From: Candidatus Eiseniibacteriota bacterium
GTDB lineage: Bacteria; Eisenbacteria; RBG-16-71-46; CAIMUX01; VGJL01
DNA: 64,000 nucleotides
Direction: 5' to 3'
Assembly: GCA_963792585.1 (NCBI GenBank)
Contig: CAWBWI010000006.1
Location: 192,001 to 256,000 of the forward strand
The notes below the pieces were generated by a model that was not told where the DNA came from, did no database searches, and saw only the letters and a list, made by a program, of their open reading frames with translations. Below, in pieces: positions 41,198 to 52,259 of this stretch. A program made the translations under genes and the position numbers. Each line of letters starts with the position of its first letter. Positions within the stretch are counted from its first letter, which is position 1.

Positions 41198-42337
41198 CTA
41201 GTATCCGAACGCCTGGCACTGCAGCAAGAACTGGTCGCGAGCCGCGGCGCCATCCCGTCGTACCCGCGTCCAGGCCGCCTTGACCGTCGCCCGATGACCG
41301 TTGACCCACCAGGCCATTCCTGTCTGCAGGCTCGTCTCGTCAGCCGCCGCGCGATCGAACTCGAGCCGGGCGAGTTGCGCAAAGGGCATCAAGCGATTCC
41401 CCCAGACCGTTGGGCCGACCTCGAGAAGATATGCCGTCTGGGGCGGCATGCTCGGGAGGAAATCACCTCCGTCGTAACGGGCCACATCGCCCTGCACCAT
41501 CAGGCTGGTTCCAGCGCCAAGGGGCCGATCCATCACCAGGTCCGCCCCATAGCAGCGAAAATCGCTCTGCACGTCCCCGCTCAAGCCGACCAAGAGGGTG
41601 GTCTTCTTGCCCAAACTGGGCCCGGGGTAGAAGAGACCCAGCTCCGTCGGCGAGGGGGACCAGGCGACCCGACCGGCGCAGCGGAACGGGGTGTTGGCTT
41701 TGCCGGCGCGTAGGCCCTGGAAGATGCCTGCCCGGTACTCGATGTGCTTGCCCAGGATCATGCCGCGGGCCAGGGCGCCGGTGTCGCGCGCTACCTTCGC
41801 CTTCAGCAGGGAGGATTCCCCGAATGTATAGGGGCCGTAGTCCGCAGCCAGAAGCGATGTCGCGCTCTGCATGTGGTTGTACGTTCCCGGTGCGAGGATC
41901 AGCCCGGTGTCCAGCAGCAAGGCCGGAGTCACCTTCCACGTGACAACGAAATCCTGCAGGTAGAGGTCCGCGAAGTCCTTCTCCTTCGTTCCTCGCGTGG
42001 CCACCTTGCCGAAGTTCGGCGCGTCGGTCTCCGCAAAGAAGGAAACACGTTCATCCAGATTGCCGCCGAAGAGCAAGCGAAGCCTGCGGAGGTAGAGATT
42101 CTGCGAGGTCCATCCATCGTCGGGATGGGCCGTCTCGTAGTCCTCCGCCCACTCCGCCCGACCTTGCAGCAGGAACCCGAGCTTCAATGTGGACTTGCCG
42201 TCGGGAGACGACACTTGCCACTGGGCGTTGGCCGCGCCGGCCAACCAAAGCGCGAAACCCATGATCAAGAAGAGCCCGGCGGCGACCCTGGCGAGTTGGA
42301 TGCCGTAGGCGTAGGTGATTCCTGATCTGCGGCTCAT
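41198..42337 (-). CDS. Outer-membrane porin (OprO/OprP/ExtI-like)
   Basis: SD AGGGAGG before ATG 42337; signal peptide ending ANA-Q; LYLRRLRLLFGG; ARDTG; EYRAGIFQG; amphipathic strands ending QCQAFGY. Confidence 0.75.
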   Translation of the reverse strand: MSRRSGITYAYGIQLARVAAGLFLIMGFALWLAGAANAQWQVSSPDGKSTLKLGFLLQGRAEWAEDYETAHPDDGWTSQNLYLRRLRLLFGGNLDERVSFFAETDAPNFGKVATRGTKEKDFADLYLQDFVVTWKVTPALLLDTGLILAPGTYNHMQSATSLLAADYGPYTFGESSLLKAKVARDTGALARGMILGKHIEYRAGIFQGLRAGKANTPFRCAGRVAWSPSPTELGLFYPGPSLGKKTTLLVGLSGDVQSDFRCYGADLVMDRPLGAGTSLMVQGDVARYDGGDFLPSMPPQTAYLLEVGPTVWGNRLMPFAQLARLEFDRAAADETSLQTGMAWWVNGHRATVKAAWTRVRRDGAAARDQFLLQCQAFGY

Positions 42338-42444
42338 GGATACCTCCCTGGTGGTCACGGGTCTCCGTTCCTCGGCCGATTCCCGGCGTGTGCACTCGCT
42401 GTCCAACCAAGAGACTCGTTTGCCGTCGTTCGGAGCGCCCGCGG

Positions 42445-45087
42445 TCACCGGCCACCCCGCGCAAGCCAGGCCGCCTCGTCCCCTTCGTCGCGGCCGGTAG
42501 CATCGCTCGCGTCAAGGCGGGTCGGGATTGGGGATACCAACTTCAGATGTCCGCGGCGGTCGTTTGATTGACCGGAAACGCTGCCTCCGGTTCGATTGAA
42601 GCCGGCATTGCTGAGCCGGAATTGGGAGACCAGCGCCCGAAGTTCCTCGGCCTGGCCGGACAGCTCTTCGGAGGCCGAGGCCGACTCCTCCGAGTTCGCG
42701 GCGTTCTGCTGCGTGACCTGATTCACCTGCTCCACTGCAGCGGTGACCTGCTCGATTCCCGTCTGCTGCTCGCCCGAAGACACCGCGACCCCGCTCATGA
42801 CTTCGCCGACCCTATCGGCCTGGCGGACGATATCTTCAAGCTGAGCTAGCACCTGGCGATTGAGCTCCACTCCGCCCTGGGCGTTCTGTACCGATTCCTC
42901 GATCAGGTCGGCGGTGGTCTTGGCAGCTGCGGCGCTGCGCATGGCTAGATTGCGCACCTCCTCGGCGACCACGGCGAACCCCTTGCCGGCGTCTCCTGCC
43001 CTGGCCGCCTCGACCGCCGCGTTCAGAGCGAGCAGGTTGGTTTGGAAGGCGATCTCATCAATGGTCTTGACGATCTTTGCCGTGGAGTCGCTCGAGACCT
43101 TGATCCGTTCCATGGCCTCGCTCATGCGCTGCATGCCTGCCAACCCCTGATTGGCGCTCGTCCGAGCACCGTCAGCGAGGGAGCGCGCTTCCTTGGCGCC
43201 CGCAGAAGCGGAGTGGGTGACCGAGTCCATCTCCTGCAAGGAGCTGCTGATCTCCTCGAGTGAGCCGGCCTGCTCGCTGGATCCTTGAGCCAGCGCCTGA
43301 CTGCCGGTTCCGATCTCCCCAGCCGCGCTGGCGACCTGTTCCACCGCCGCCGCCACCCGTTGGAGCCCCTCGTCCAGATTCTCCACTGCTTGGTTGAGCG
43401 ACTCCTTCAGCTTGTCGTTGTCTCCCTGGTAGGTTCCGGTCATGCGGGAGGAGAGGTCACGTTCGGCTACTCGCTCGAGGACGCGTGAGGCCTCCTGCAC
43501 AGGCAGCACGACCGCGTCGAGGGTCTCGTTGACCCCCTGGATCACGTCTCGGTAGCCGCCCTGGAATCTGGCGGCGTTCCCTCGGGTGGATAGCTGTCCG
43601 GCAACCGCGGCGCGGCTCAACGACTGCATCTCGGCCACCATCCCCCGGATCGCCCCGACCATCTTCTCCATGCTGCGCGCAAGCAGGTCGCGCTCCGAAC
43701 GCGCCTGAACCTCCACCCCCATGTCTCCGGCCGCGACCCGCTCCGAGACTTCGGCCTGGGCACGCAGGTTCGCGCACATGGCGGCCATGCCACGCGCCAG
43801 GTCTCCCATTTCGCCCCGCCGGGACGTGTTCACCGTCACTTCGACGTCGCCCTCGGCCAGGAGGGCGGCCGCCGTTTTGAGTTCCTCGATCGGCAGTGTC
43901 ACGCTCGACCGGATGACCCGATAGACGATGAGGAGAACGAGCAGCACCACGGTCGCCCCGCTGAGCATGCAGATCCAGAAGAGGCGCCGCAGAGCGGAGT
44001 CCGCCTTTCTCTGGGCGGCAAGGAACTCATCCTCATAGGCCCCGGCCCCGATGACCCAATCCCATGGCTCGAAGTAGGTCACGGCCGCAATCTTCATACG
44101 AGGGCGCGCCTCTCCCTGGTTCTGCCACGGATAGCGCGTGAACGTCACCTCGCGACCATGGACGCCCAGACCCGCTTGCACGATCGTCTGGATGAAAGGA
44201 TTCCCGTCGGCGTCCTTGGAGTCCCACAGATCCTCGCCGTCCCGCTTACCGTCCTTAGAGACGATGTAGTGTCCCCGGTGCTCGCCCTTGCCTCCCAGGA
44301 CATAGACATAGCCGGTCTGTCCAACGGATCGGGCCAGGATGGCCTGGCGCAGGCTCTTCACATTCTCCTGGTCGATGCCAACGTAGAGCATTCCCTGGAC
44401 ACGCCCTTCGGAGTCGCGCAGAGGCTCATAGCGGGCGAGGCACCATCGGTCCACCACGAACGCGCGCCCGCCATAGACCTCGCCGCGAAGCACAGCGGAC
44501 ACGACGGGATTGGGCTGGCCGTCCGGGTTGCGCGCGGGGATATAGGTCCCGATGGCGCGACGGCCGTCCTTTCCCAGCACGGTGGTGGCGACGCGCAGCA
44601 TGTCCCCGTCCGGGTTCATGCGCTGGAAGATCGTGCAACTGCCGCCGACTTGAGATGCCACTTCGTCGACCACCGGCGTGGACTGACCCGACGCCCTGTT
44701 CTGTCCCAGCCAGGTTGTTCCCACCGCCGCGCGCGAAAGCTCGGTCGTGGACGAGGCCTGGGTGATCTGATTGACGGCGGTCCACCCAATCGTCTCGTTC
44801 TGAAGGCGCAGGCCTCCGTGCCGTCGCAAGGCCTCTCGGGCCACCCGGAGGTTGCCTTCCAACGATTGCTGTATGGACTCGTGTTGCGTCAGACAAAGCG
44901 CGTAGATGTCCTCGGCGACGCTGCCGAGGTTGGCCCGCACCTGCTGATCCAGCTCGGCGTTGATCTCCCGCCCGAGTTTCTGTTTCTCCATGGCGAGGGC
45001 AACGAGTAGCGCGGCGACAGGGACAAGCGCTGCGGCCAGGGCCAGCAACGTCAAACGACCTCGCACCGTCTCGGTAATCCATCTCAC
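42445..45087 (-). CDS. Methyl-accepting chemotaxis protein with Cache sensor, HAMP domains and MA domain
   Basis: Two TMs; [22 protein letters not shown] and [12 protein letters not shown] (Cache3-Cache2-like); [40 protein letters not shown]. Confidence 0.95.
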   Translation of the reverse strand: MRWITETVRGRLTLLALAAALVPVAALLVALAMEKQKLGREINAELDQQVRANLGSVAEDIYALCLTQHESIQQSLEGNLRVAREALRRHGGLRLQNETIGWTAVNQITQASSTTELSRAAVGTTWLGQNRASGQSTPVVDEVASQVGGSCTIFQRMNPDGDMLRVATTVLGKDGRRAIGTYIPARNPDGQPNPVVSAVLRGEVYGGRAFVVDRWCLARYEPLRDSEGRVQGMLYVGIDQENVKSLRQAILARSVGQTGYVYVLGGKGEHRGHYIVSKDGKRDGEDLWDSKDADGNPFIQTIVQAGLGVHGREVTFTRYPWQNQGEARPRMKIAAVTYFEPWDWVIGAGAYEDEFLAAQRKADSALRRLFWICMLSGATVVLLVLLIVYRVIRSSVTLPIEELKTAAALLAEGDVEVTVNTSRRGEMGDLARGMAAMCANLRAQAEVSERVAAGDMGVEVQARSERDLLARSMEKMVGAIRGMVAEMQSLSRAAVAGQLSTRGNAARFQGGYRDVIQGVNETLDAVVLPVQEASRVLERVAERDLSSRMTGTYQGDNDKLKESLNQAVENLDEGLQRVAAAVEQVASAAGEIGTGSQALAQGSSEQAGSLEEISSSLQEMDSVTHSASAGAKEARSLADGARTSANQGLAGMQRMSEAMERIKVSSDSTAKIVKTIDEIAFQTNLLALNAAVEAARAGDAGKGFAVVAEEVRNLAMRSAAAAKTTADLIEESVQNAQGGVELNRQVLAQLEDIVRQADRVGEVMSGVAVSSGEQQTGIEQVTAAVEQVNQVTQQNAANSEESASASEELSGQAEELRALVSQFRLSNAGFNRTGGSVSGQSNDRRGHLKLVSPIPTRLDASDATGRDEGDEAAWLARGGR

Positions 45088-45321
45088 GGACGTCTCCCAT
45101 TCTGTCGCGGTGGTGTCCCGCGAATTGCTTGGAGCGGACCCTGGAAACTCGCTTGAGCACAGGAGACGAGGGGTCGGTAGGAGATGGTGGATTCGACGGC
45201 AGCCCCCCCTTATGGCATGCTCGCCATCTTCGAAATGACTCGGATCCGTCGCGACCGACCTTGAGGTATGGATGGATCAGCCCGATGGAATTCACATCGC
45301 AATCGATCGCATCGCCCATGT

Positions 45322-45367
45322 GCGAACCGACCCGCCGCGAACCGACGCGCCGCGAACCGATCCGGCC
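45322..45367. repeat. Three tandem ~15-nt intergenic repeats
   Basis: gcgaaccgacccgcc / gcgaaccgacgcgcc / gcgaaccgatccggcc. Confidence 0.7.
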
Positions 45368-45544
45368 GCAAATCAGCGCAGCCGTTCGTTAACGCGTCGT
45401 GAGCCGGCGCTCCTTGTCGAATCGAGCCGCTGTTCGGCACTCGCACGTCTTGAACCCCGATGGGCGGTTGCATGAGCACGATTCCCCTGTTGGAGACGGG
45501 CGGGACCGACGATCTTCCGGCCCACGGACGACGGACCGGATCAC

Positions 45545-46423
45545 CTAGGCCGAACGAACGCGCCTGCGGACCCAGTCGCGGATCCTTCCGAACAGCCCCG
45601 CCGACGCGATCCGACCCCTGCTGACGTCGGCCACCGCGATCGCGGGCGGCACGTGCGGCTGACCATATCGTTCCCGCAGGTGATGCAGATGGTCCATCAT
45701 GAAGAGGTAGAGGTCGGTCTCCGTGCGGCCGGGAAACGTGCTCAGGATCCCGCTCGAGCGGATCGTGTCGATCATCGGGCGATAGACCGTATCTCGCCAG
45801 GAAGCGACGCCTTCCGCCCAGCCGATCGCGCGCCCGGTCTCGATCCCGCGGTAGTAGCGATGAACGTTGATGTGATCGATCAAGCGCTCGTAGCCGCCCG
45901 GTACGCTTACGCGGTAGGCGCCGGGCGCGTCGGGCACGAGACCGGTCGCTTCGAGGAAGTCGGCGTCCAGCCCTTTGAGGAGGACATCTTCGAGGGAGTC
46001 GCCGGGCTGCAGGGTCACAGGCGTCAGGTACTCGATCACCCGCGCCTCGACCGTCCGGGCCCCGAGGGAGCGCGCGACGGAGACGCGGTGGTGGCCGTCG
46101 ACCACGAAGTAGACCTCGCCGACCTCGTAGAGCTCGATCGTGCCGAAGCCTTTGGGTCCCTCCGCGAGCGCCAGGACATCTTCCCAGCGGTCGCGAAGCG
46201 ATTCATCCTGGGGTAGGAAGAAGCGACTGAACTCGTCGGCCCGCTCGACCGAACCGACGATCCGATCACATGGCACATCCCGGATGCCCCGATCGACGGA
46301 ACGCTTGAGCCGCAGCCCCTCGCGGACCGTCTCGAACGGGAGCAGACCGGAGGGGCGTTTGCGGAGGAACGCGAGGACCTCCTCCACGAATGCCCTGCGG
46401 CGCGCCGCGTCGAACTCGCTCAT
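45545..46423 (-). CDS. ParB/Srx-like N-terminal domain protein (DUF4032-associated type)
   Basis: IVGSVER..EF...FLP, IELYEVGEVYFVVDGHHRVSVA, HINVHRYY, FPGRTETDLY. Start ATG 46423. Confidence 0.75.
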   Translation of the reverse strand: MSEFDAARRRAFVEEVLAFLRKRPSGLLPFETVREGLRLKRSVDRGIRDVPCDRIVGSVERADEFSRFFLPQDESLRDRWEDVLALAEGPKGFGTIELYEVGEVYFVVDGHHRVSVARSLGARTVEARVIEYLTPVTLQPGDSLEDVLLKGLDADFLEATGLVPDAPGAYRVSVPGGYERLIDHINVHRYYRGIETGRAIGWAEGVASWRDTVYRPMIDTIRSSGILSTFPGRTETDLYLFMMDHLHHLRERYGQPHVPPAIAVADVSRGRIASAGLFGRIRDWVRRRVRSA

Positions 46424-46455
46424 CGGCGACCCTCTCTGCAGGCAGCTTCTTTGCC

Positions 46456-46483
46456 TTGCCGTCGCACTCGGCGCCGCTACAAT
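46456..46483 (+). promoter_or_regulatory. Sigma70-like promoter, probably giving a leaderless amylase mRNA
   Basis: TTGCCG-N16-TACAAT, with the -10 ending 7 nt before ATG 46491 and no SD. Confidence 0.6.
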
Positions 46484-46490
46484 AACGCCC

Positions 46491-48167
46491 ATGAAAACGA
46501 ATTGGAACCTCCAGGCCCGGCGACTCTCGACCCTCCTTCTCGTCACCTCCGCCCTGTCGCTCTCGTGCGGCTCGGGACGGAAGACGCAGCCGCCCCCCGC
46601 GGCGGTTCCGGCCTCGCCCGTCTACCAATGGAACAACGACTGGTCCCGCGGAAGCGTCTTCTACGAGATCTTCGTGAGGAGTTTCTACGATTCCAACGGG
46701 GACGGGATCGGCGACCTGCCGGGCTTGATCCAGAAGCTCGACTACCTGAACGACGGTGATCCGTCCACGACGGGCGACCTCGGAATCGAGGGGATCTGGC
46801 TCATGCCGATCTTCAAGTCGCCGAGCTACCACGGCTACGACACGACCGACTATACCGAGGTCAATCCCGACTACGGGACCAACGAGGATTTGGCTCGACT
46901 GCTCGACGAGGCACACCGGCGGGGCATCCATGTGATCGTCGATCTCGTGATGAACCACGTGAGCGCTCAACACCCATGGTTCGTCGCCGCGCAATCCCCA
47001 TCCTCCGCCAAACGGAACTGGTTCGTCTGGCGGCGGGACGATCCGGGCTGGACGCAACCTTGGGGCGGTGCGAACCCGACCTGGCACGAGGCGGGCGGAT
47101 CGTACTACTACGGAGTCTTCTGGGGCGGCATGCCCGATCTGAACTTCCGCAATCCGGAGGTGTGCAGGCAGATCGAGGAGTACGCGAAGCTCTGGCTCGG
47201 CAGGGGCGTCGACGGCTTCCGTCTGGATGCGACCCGCCACCTGATCGAGGACGGCCCGGGACAACAACAGGTCGATACCCCCGAGACCCACGCATTCCTG
47301 AAGGAGTTCTCAGCAGCCGTGCGCGCGGCGAAACCGCAGGCCACACTCGTCGGCGAGAATTGGACCGATACGGAGACGATCGCGACCTACTTCGGGTCGA
47401 TCGCACCGATCCGGGAAGGCGACGAGCTGCCGATGAACTTCAACTTTCCCCTCGCGGGGGCGATCCTCGACGGGGTCGGCTCGGGCAGCGCCGAAGGAAT
47501 CGCCGCGAAGATCGTCGAAATCCTCGCGACCTACCCCATAGGTGTCAACGACGCGCCGTTCCTGACCAATCACGACATGGTCCGCGTGGCGAACCAGCTC
47601 CGGCAGGATCCCGCGAAGCTGCGTATGGCCGCATCGGTCCTGCTCACGCTGCCCGGCTCGCCGTTTCTCTACTATGGTGAGGAGATCGGCTTGCGCAACG
47701 GCACGACCGACAATGACGAGGCCAAACGAACGCCGATGCCGTGGGATGGATCCTCGGGGGGGGGCTTCACGACCTCGACGCCGTGGTTCCCCTTCGCGCC
47801 CGGACACGATGCCGTCAACGTCGCCTCGCAGAAGGACGACCCCGCCTCGCTCCTCTCCCACTATCGGAGTCTGATCCAGCTGCGCGCATCCCGACCCGAA
47901 CTCCGCCGGGGATCGATCGTGATCTTGAGTCCTCCGGAGCAAGGGCCGTCGATCCTCGCCTTCATCCGGGACGCAGACGGAAAGCAGATCCTCGTCGTTC
48001 ACAATCTGGGCGGGACGGAGGCGACTGCGGGCCCCTTCCAGCTACCCGGGTTCTACCTCAAGCGGATCTTCCAGGACGGCCAGACCGGCGACATTGCGGT
48101 CGACGGCGCGAAGAACTGGCGGATCCCGATGCCTCCGCACACGACGGGCGTCTGGAGGATCGGCTAG
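46491..48167 (+). CDS. GH13 alpha-amylase family lipoprotein
   Basis: Lipobox LSLSC; FYEIFVRSFYDSNGDGIGD; YHGYD; DLVMNH; DGFRLDA; VGENW; FLTNHD; YYGEEIG. Confidence 0.93.
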   Translation: MKTNWNLQARRLSTLLLVTSALSLSCGSGRKTQPPPAAVPASPVYQWNNDWSRGSVFYEIFVRSFYDSNGDGIGDLPGLIQKLDYLNDGDPSTTGDLGIEGIWLMPIFKSPSYHGYDTTDYTEVNPDYGTNEDLARLLDEAHRRGIHVIVDLVMNHVSAQHPWFVAAQSPSSAKRNWFVWRRDDPGWTQPWGGANPTWHEAGGSYYYGVFWGGMPDLNFRNPEVCRQIEEYAKLWLGRGVDGFRLDATRHLIEDGPGQQQVDTPETHAFLKEFSAAVRAAKPQATLVGENWTDTETIATYFGSIAPIREGDELPMNFNFPLAGAILDGVGSGSAEGIAAKIVEILATYPIGVNDAPFLTNHDMVRVANQLRQDPAKLRMAASVLLTLPGSPFLYYGEEIGLRNGTTDNDEAKRTPMPWDGSSGGGFTTSTPWFPFAPGHDAVNVASQKDDPASLLSHYRSLIQLRASRPELRRGSIVILSPPEQGPSILAFIRDADGKQILVVHNLGGTEATAGPFQLPGFYLKRIFQDGQTGDIAVDGAKNWRIPMPPHTTGVWRIG

Positions 48168-48185
48168 AACGCGGCGCCCCGCACT

Positions 48186-49148
48186 CTACCGGCGCGTGGA
48201 GGCGCCGGAGGGCACGACGCCCGGCAACGACACGGGCCGGCGCGTACGAAGGTCGTAGTCCTTCAGGACCGATTCCTGGGCGAGCCCCTCCGGTAGGATG
48301 AGGTCGATGAGCGGCGGCTGAAGGTCGTCCCCTTCCCGTCCCCCACCGAGTGCCGTGCGCGAAGGAGAAGGGGCGATCGGAACCACCATCAGCCCCGCGT
48401 CGGGCCGTGCTCCGAGCCCCAGCATCGCGCCCACGTCGTGACGCGAGAAGGGATCCGCCGCCGTCACGATGATGACGTAGGCCCAGTCGTCCCGAATGGG
48501 AGTGGCAAGGAACGTCCCGGGGACGAAGAACGAGATGCGGCGTCCGCTCACGCGGACCCGCGTCGGGAAGAAAGCGACGGCGTCCAGCCCGGCATCGACC
48601 GCGTTCTCGAGCGAGTCGAGGTCGGCCTTCTCCAGGTGCGGTCTTGCCTTTTCCAGATCAACGGTTGCGAGCGCGAGGCGACGCTTGGCGAGTTCTCTGC
48701 GCGCCTCCGAGGGGCGCGCCGAAACCAGGATCATCTTCTCCCACGCGCAGGTCGAGTCGACCAAGGCGCGCCTTCCGGGCAGCGTCATCGTCTCCCCGGA
48801 ACCGGGAACCCGATCGGTGTCGACATAGATGTCGATATTGAAGGTGTAGAAGCCGAGGCGGGCGAACGACTCCATGGGACTCCCGCCCGGATCGACCATG
48901 CGCCCGTTGGGCGAGGCGATCGGATTCGCGAAGGTCGCTTCGAAGAGCGTCCCGTCCCCCTCCAAGCGCGCGGAGAATTCCACGAGATCGAGGTCCCCCG
49001 ACTCCAGATCATCCCTCAAGGGATATACGAGTGAGCCGTCCCCGTGATCATCGCCGCGGGCATCCTGCAACGTGAAGATCGGAGCGCCGGCCGCGCCGGC
49101 GATGGAGGGGCTCAGAAACAGGAGGAGCATCAAGATCCGCGCTTGCAT
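48186..49148 (-). CDS. Exported glucodextranase-type DOMON-like carbohydrate-binding domain protein
   Basis: Signal peptide; DARGDDHGDGSLVYP; DLDLVEF; FNIDIYVDTD. Confidence 0.75.
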   Translation of the reverse strand: MQARILMLLLFLSPSIAGAAGAPIFTLQDARGDDHGDGSLVYPLRDDLESGDLDLVEFSARLEGDGTLFEATFANPIASPNGRMVDPGGSPMESFARLGFYTFNIDIYVDTDRVPGSGETMTLPGRRALVDSTCAWEKMILVSARPSEARRELAKRRLALATVDLEKARPHLEKADLDSLENAVDAGLDAVAFFPTRVRVSGRRISFFVPGTFLATPIRDDWAYVIIVTAADPFSRHDVGAMLGLGARPDAGLMVVPIAPSPSRTALGGGREGDDLQPPLIDLILPEGLAQESVLKDYDLRTRRPVSLPGVVPSGASTRR

Positions 49149-49163
49149 CGATGAAACCTCGGG

Positions 49164-49197
49164 AAGAAAGGCCCGGCGTCCGAAGACGCCGGGCCTT
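49164..49197 (-). terminator. Intrinsic terminator after the outer-membrane protein gene
   Basis: 13-bp stem AAGGCCCGGCGTC-TTCG-GACGCCGGGCCTT (cUUCGg loop) followed by TCTT on the minus strand. Confidence 0.75.
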
Positions 49198-49217
49198 CCC
49201 GTTCGGAAGACTCCGGA

Positions 49218-51383
49218 CTAGAACTGGACCTTCAAGAACGCCTTGATCCGCTGCTGCTCGAAGGTGCGCTTCTCGAGGCTGTTCCAGTTGCCGTACGCCC
49301 CGCGGAAGCCCCTCGAACCGACCCTGACATGCACGTTGTTCGCATCATCTTGCGTCGCCTTCTGGACGACGAACCCGTCGCCGAAGTCGGGCTCGTAGGT
49401 GCCGAAGTTGATCTGGTACTCGAAACCCAGCTCCGTGCCCGAGAGGGCGTAGCGGAACTTCGCGTCGAGCTGGTTCTTGTTGTGCTTGCCGCCGGCCATC
49501 TCATGGAGACGGTAGGCCTGGAAGGCCGTGTTTCCGTCGGTCAGATCGATCGTGTAGTGGGAGAACGCCAGCGTCCCGTAGAGGTCCTCGGTCAACTGGT
49601 AGCCGCCGCCCACATTGATCAACGTGTACTTCAGATCCCGATCGTCGTCGTCGACGGAGGTGAACGGCTTCCACTGCTTGCCGGTCACGCCGTCAACCGT
49701 GACATCGCCCGGGAACCCGGCATAGATGACGCCGCTGGTCGTGTTCGTTCCACCATAGTAGTAGTTCGTGTTTCCACTCGCGTCGTACGGAAGGTACTTC
49801 GGATCGGTCATTCGATCGTCGGTCTCCTTGATGTGTTTCACCTTCCCAAAGACCTCGAGCCCCTTGCCGACGTTCAGGGTGTACTTCCCCTTCACCAACC
49901 CGATGTTGGTCGTCTTGTCCTGGAAGGGTGCGTAGGCGCTGCGGAAGTTGTGGCCCACACCCGTGTCCAGTTCGGCAGTCGGGTACCAGGTCGCTCCAAG
50001 CGAACGGGTGTCATCCCCGTAGGCCTGCCAGTTCGTGTTGTAGGTCAAGTAGGTGTACTCGGCCGCGAGGTCCAGGTTGCCCTTGCCATAGAGGGGAGCG
50101 ATCGTGACGCCCTTCCAGCCGATCACGGTCTCCGCCATCGGCTCGTCGAAATCCGAGAATTCGTTGTCGACGTTTATCGTCGCGACCTGCTGGGCGTTTC
50201 CGTTCCATCCGCCGTAGCCGATCCGCGTCGGGTTGCCCCCGAAGACGCCGTAGGCCGCGTTCGACGGACCGGGGAACGCCCAGGATCCGTCATGACCTTC
50301 CGTCAGCAGCACGTCCGCCTCGCGCCGGGCAGCCATCATGGAGACATAGTCGGATCCGATGTCGAATCCCTCCACGTTGAACGAGAGGCCGACGCCAAAT
50401 GGGTCGTTCACGTCGACGTTCAGCTTGCAGGCGGCGTCCTCCCTCTTCCCGCCGGGGACCGACGAGTAGCCGTTCAGCCCGAACGTGTAATAGCTCTCCG
50501 CGTAGGTCTTCGAGACCTCGGAGAAGGAGTAGTACCAGGCCGCCTTGATGTCGAACATCGTGGACGGATGGACGCCCGCCTTCAATCCGTATACGTCGTT
50601 GCGGAAGCGGTTGTCCACGCGCCGCCCGTTGTCCCAGTTACCGTCCTTCGGATCGATCTCGATGTCGTTGACGACCTCGGCGGCCGCGCCGACGTCGACC
50701 TTGTCATTGACCGTGTACTTCGTCTGGAGACCGTAGGCCGCATCGCTGCTGGCGTAATTGCCGGTCTTGTACCCCGGCCCCGCCCAAAGGCGCGGCAGGG
50801 AAATGCGGGCCGCATCCCACTTGAAGTTCTTCTGCACGGCGGATCCCTGGAACAGGAGCCCCGAGCCGTTGTCGCGGTCGATGTAGCGGATCTTGCCGAT
50901 CGTGAACGGGTCGAACATCCCCCAATCGCTCGCGCCGATCGTCGCCGCGTCGAGCCAGTCGTACCCGGGGGTCAGGATGACCGTCATTCCGCGGAGCTTC
51001 ACATACTGATTCGAACGCGGATCGAATTCACCGCGGTTGCCGCCGGTGCCGTCCGCCGCGGCGTCGCCGCCGAATCCACCGAAGTTCGTCCACTCGTTCT
51101 GGCTGAAGCGGCTGTGGATGCGCGCCTTGACCTCGACCTTGTTCGAAAGCTTCGCGTGCGGCATGATCTCGATCTCCGAGCCCTGCCCGTTGTCGCCGTA
51201 GCCCTCGCCCGGCACCGTCGTGAAATTGTAGAGGCTCCCGTCATTCTGCGCGTTGCCCCAGAGCCACTTCGTATAGACGGTCCCGCTGAAGGTCAGTTTC
51301 GATTCCTGGGCCTGCGCGACCGCTGCGACCAGCACCAGCGCGCACGCCATCAGGAGAACGATCGTTTTGTTCCTCGAACTCAT
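49218..51383 (-). CDS. Uncharacterised outer-membrane beta-barrel in the alpha-glucan uptake operon
   Basis: SD AGGGAGG; signal peptide AQA-Q; rich in G/N/D/Y/W with amphipathic strands; C-terminal KAFLKVQF (BAM-type terminal Phe). Confidence 0.75.
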   Translation of the reverse strand: MSSRNKTIVLLMACALVLVAAVAQAQESKLTFSGTVYTKWLWGNAQNDGSLYNFTTVPGEGYGDNGQGSEIEIMPHAKLSNKVEVKARIHSRFSQNEWTNFGGFGGDAAADGTGGNRGEFDPRSNQYVKLRGMTVILTPGYDWLDAATIGASDWGMFDPFTIGKIRYIDRDNGSGLLFQGSAVQKNFKWDAARISLPRLWAGPGYKTGNYASSDAAYGLQTKYTVNDKVDVGAAAEVVNDIEIDPKDGNWDNGRRVDNRFRNDVYGLKAGVHPSTMFDIKAAWYYSFSEVSKTYAESYYTFGLNGYSSVPGGKREDAACKLNVDVNDPFGVGLSFNVEGFDIGSDYVSMMAARREADVLLTEGHDGSWAFPGPSNAAYGVFGGNPTRIGYGGWNGNAQQVATINVDNEFSDFDEPMAETVIGWKGVTIAPLYGKGNLDLAAEYTYLTYNTNWQAYGDDTRSLGATWYPTAELDTGVGHNFRSAYAPFQDKTTNIGLVKGKYTLNVGKGLEVFGKVKHIKETDDRMTDPKYLPYDASGNTNYYYGGTNTTSGVIYAGFPGDVTVDGVTGKQWKPFTSVDDDDRDLKYTLINVGGGYQLTEDLYGTLAFSHYTIDLTDGNTAFQAYRLHEMAGGKHNKNQLDAKFRYALSGTELGFEYQINFGTYEPDFGDGFVVQKATQDDANNVHVRVGSRGFRGAYGNWNSLEKRTFEQQRIKAFLKVQF

Positions 51384-51412
51384 CAGTAACCCCTCCCTGA
51401 ATAGACGCGTTC

Positions 51413-52240
51413 CTACTTCTTCAGATGGACCATCGTCAGCGTGGCCATCTTCTTCGATGTGCCGTCATCGTTGCACTCATATGCCAACATCTTGTGCTGG
51501 AGATCGATCTCTCCCTTGTCCCCCACGCCGTCACCCGCGAGGCAATCGATCACATGGGAATCGCAGTCCGTGTCCGTGCCCCCGCCGAAGCGATGCTGCC
51601 CCTCGTACTCATTGACCTTCCGCGTGAGCAGATCCGTCCCCTCCGGGAATCCCTCGTTCGACTGCATCACGACCTGGAAACCCCACGTCTTCGGATCGCC
51701 GCCACCCAGATCCTTCACCGGGACCGAGCCAGAGATCGTCCGGTTCGTTCCCTTCGTGCGTCCCGGCACGAGCGTGGCGGACTTCATCTCGGCCGGCACC
51801 TTCGAGTCGATCTCGGACTTGACCCGCGACTGGCTTTGCGGCGAGAGGATCACGCACTTGTCCCAGGAACTGCCCGGCTCGAAGGCGATGTTCAATCCCG
51901 GGAGTCCCTTGGTGAAGCCGGTCTCGGGTTTGCCGTCGGTGTCGATGAAGATGAAGACCATCTGGACCGCGAATCCCGCGCCCATGCCCCACGGGTCCTC
52001 GAGCTTCGCATTGACGTCGACGCTGAAGTCGGCGTTCGATCCTCCCGCCTTCATCTTGAAGCCGGTCAGATCGAATGACCCCTTCGTGTACACCGCATCG
52101 GTCGGGTAGACGTAGGAGCCCGGGCCATTGTCATCGCCCGTCGGGTCCTTGAAGGCGACCTCCTGGGCTCCGGCAGCGACCGCCAGCATGGCCGCCCCTA
52201 TGGCCGCCAGGACGACGGCGCGTGTGAGTGTGCCTTTCAC
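51413..52240 (-). CDS. Exported glucodextranase-type DOMON-like domain protein
   Basis: SD AGGAGG; signal peptide; FKDPTGDDNGPGSYVYPTD; FDLTGF; QMVFIFIDTD; RFGGG. Confidence 0.8.
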   Translation of the reverse strand: MKGTLTRAVVLAAIGAAMLAVAAGAQEVAFKDPTGDDNGPGSYVYPTDAVYTKGSFDLTGFKMKAGGSNADFSVDVNAKLEDPWGMGAGFAVQMVFIFIDTDGKPETGFTKGLPGLNIAFEPGSSWDKCVILSPQSQSRVKSEIDSKVPAEMKSATLVPGRTKGTNRTISGSVPVKDLGGGDPKTWGFQVVMQSNEGFPEGTDLLTRKVNEYEGQHRFGGGTDTDCDSHVIDCLAGDGVGDKGEIDLQHKMLAYECNDDGTSKKMATLTMVHLKK

Positions 52241-52259
52241 ATTGTCCTCCTTTCGCGTA

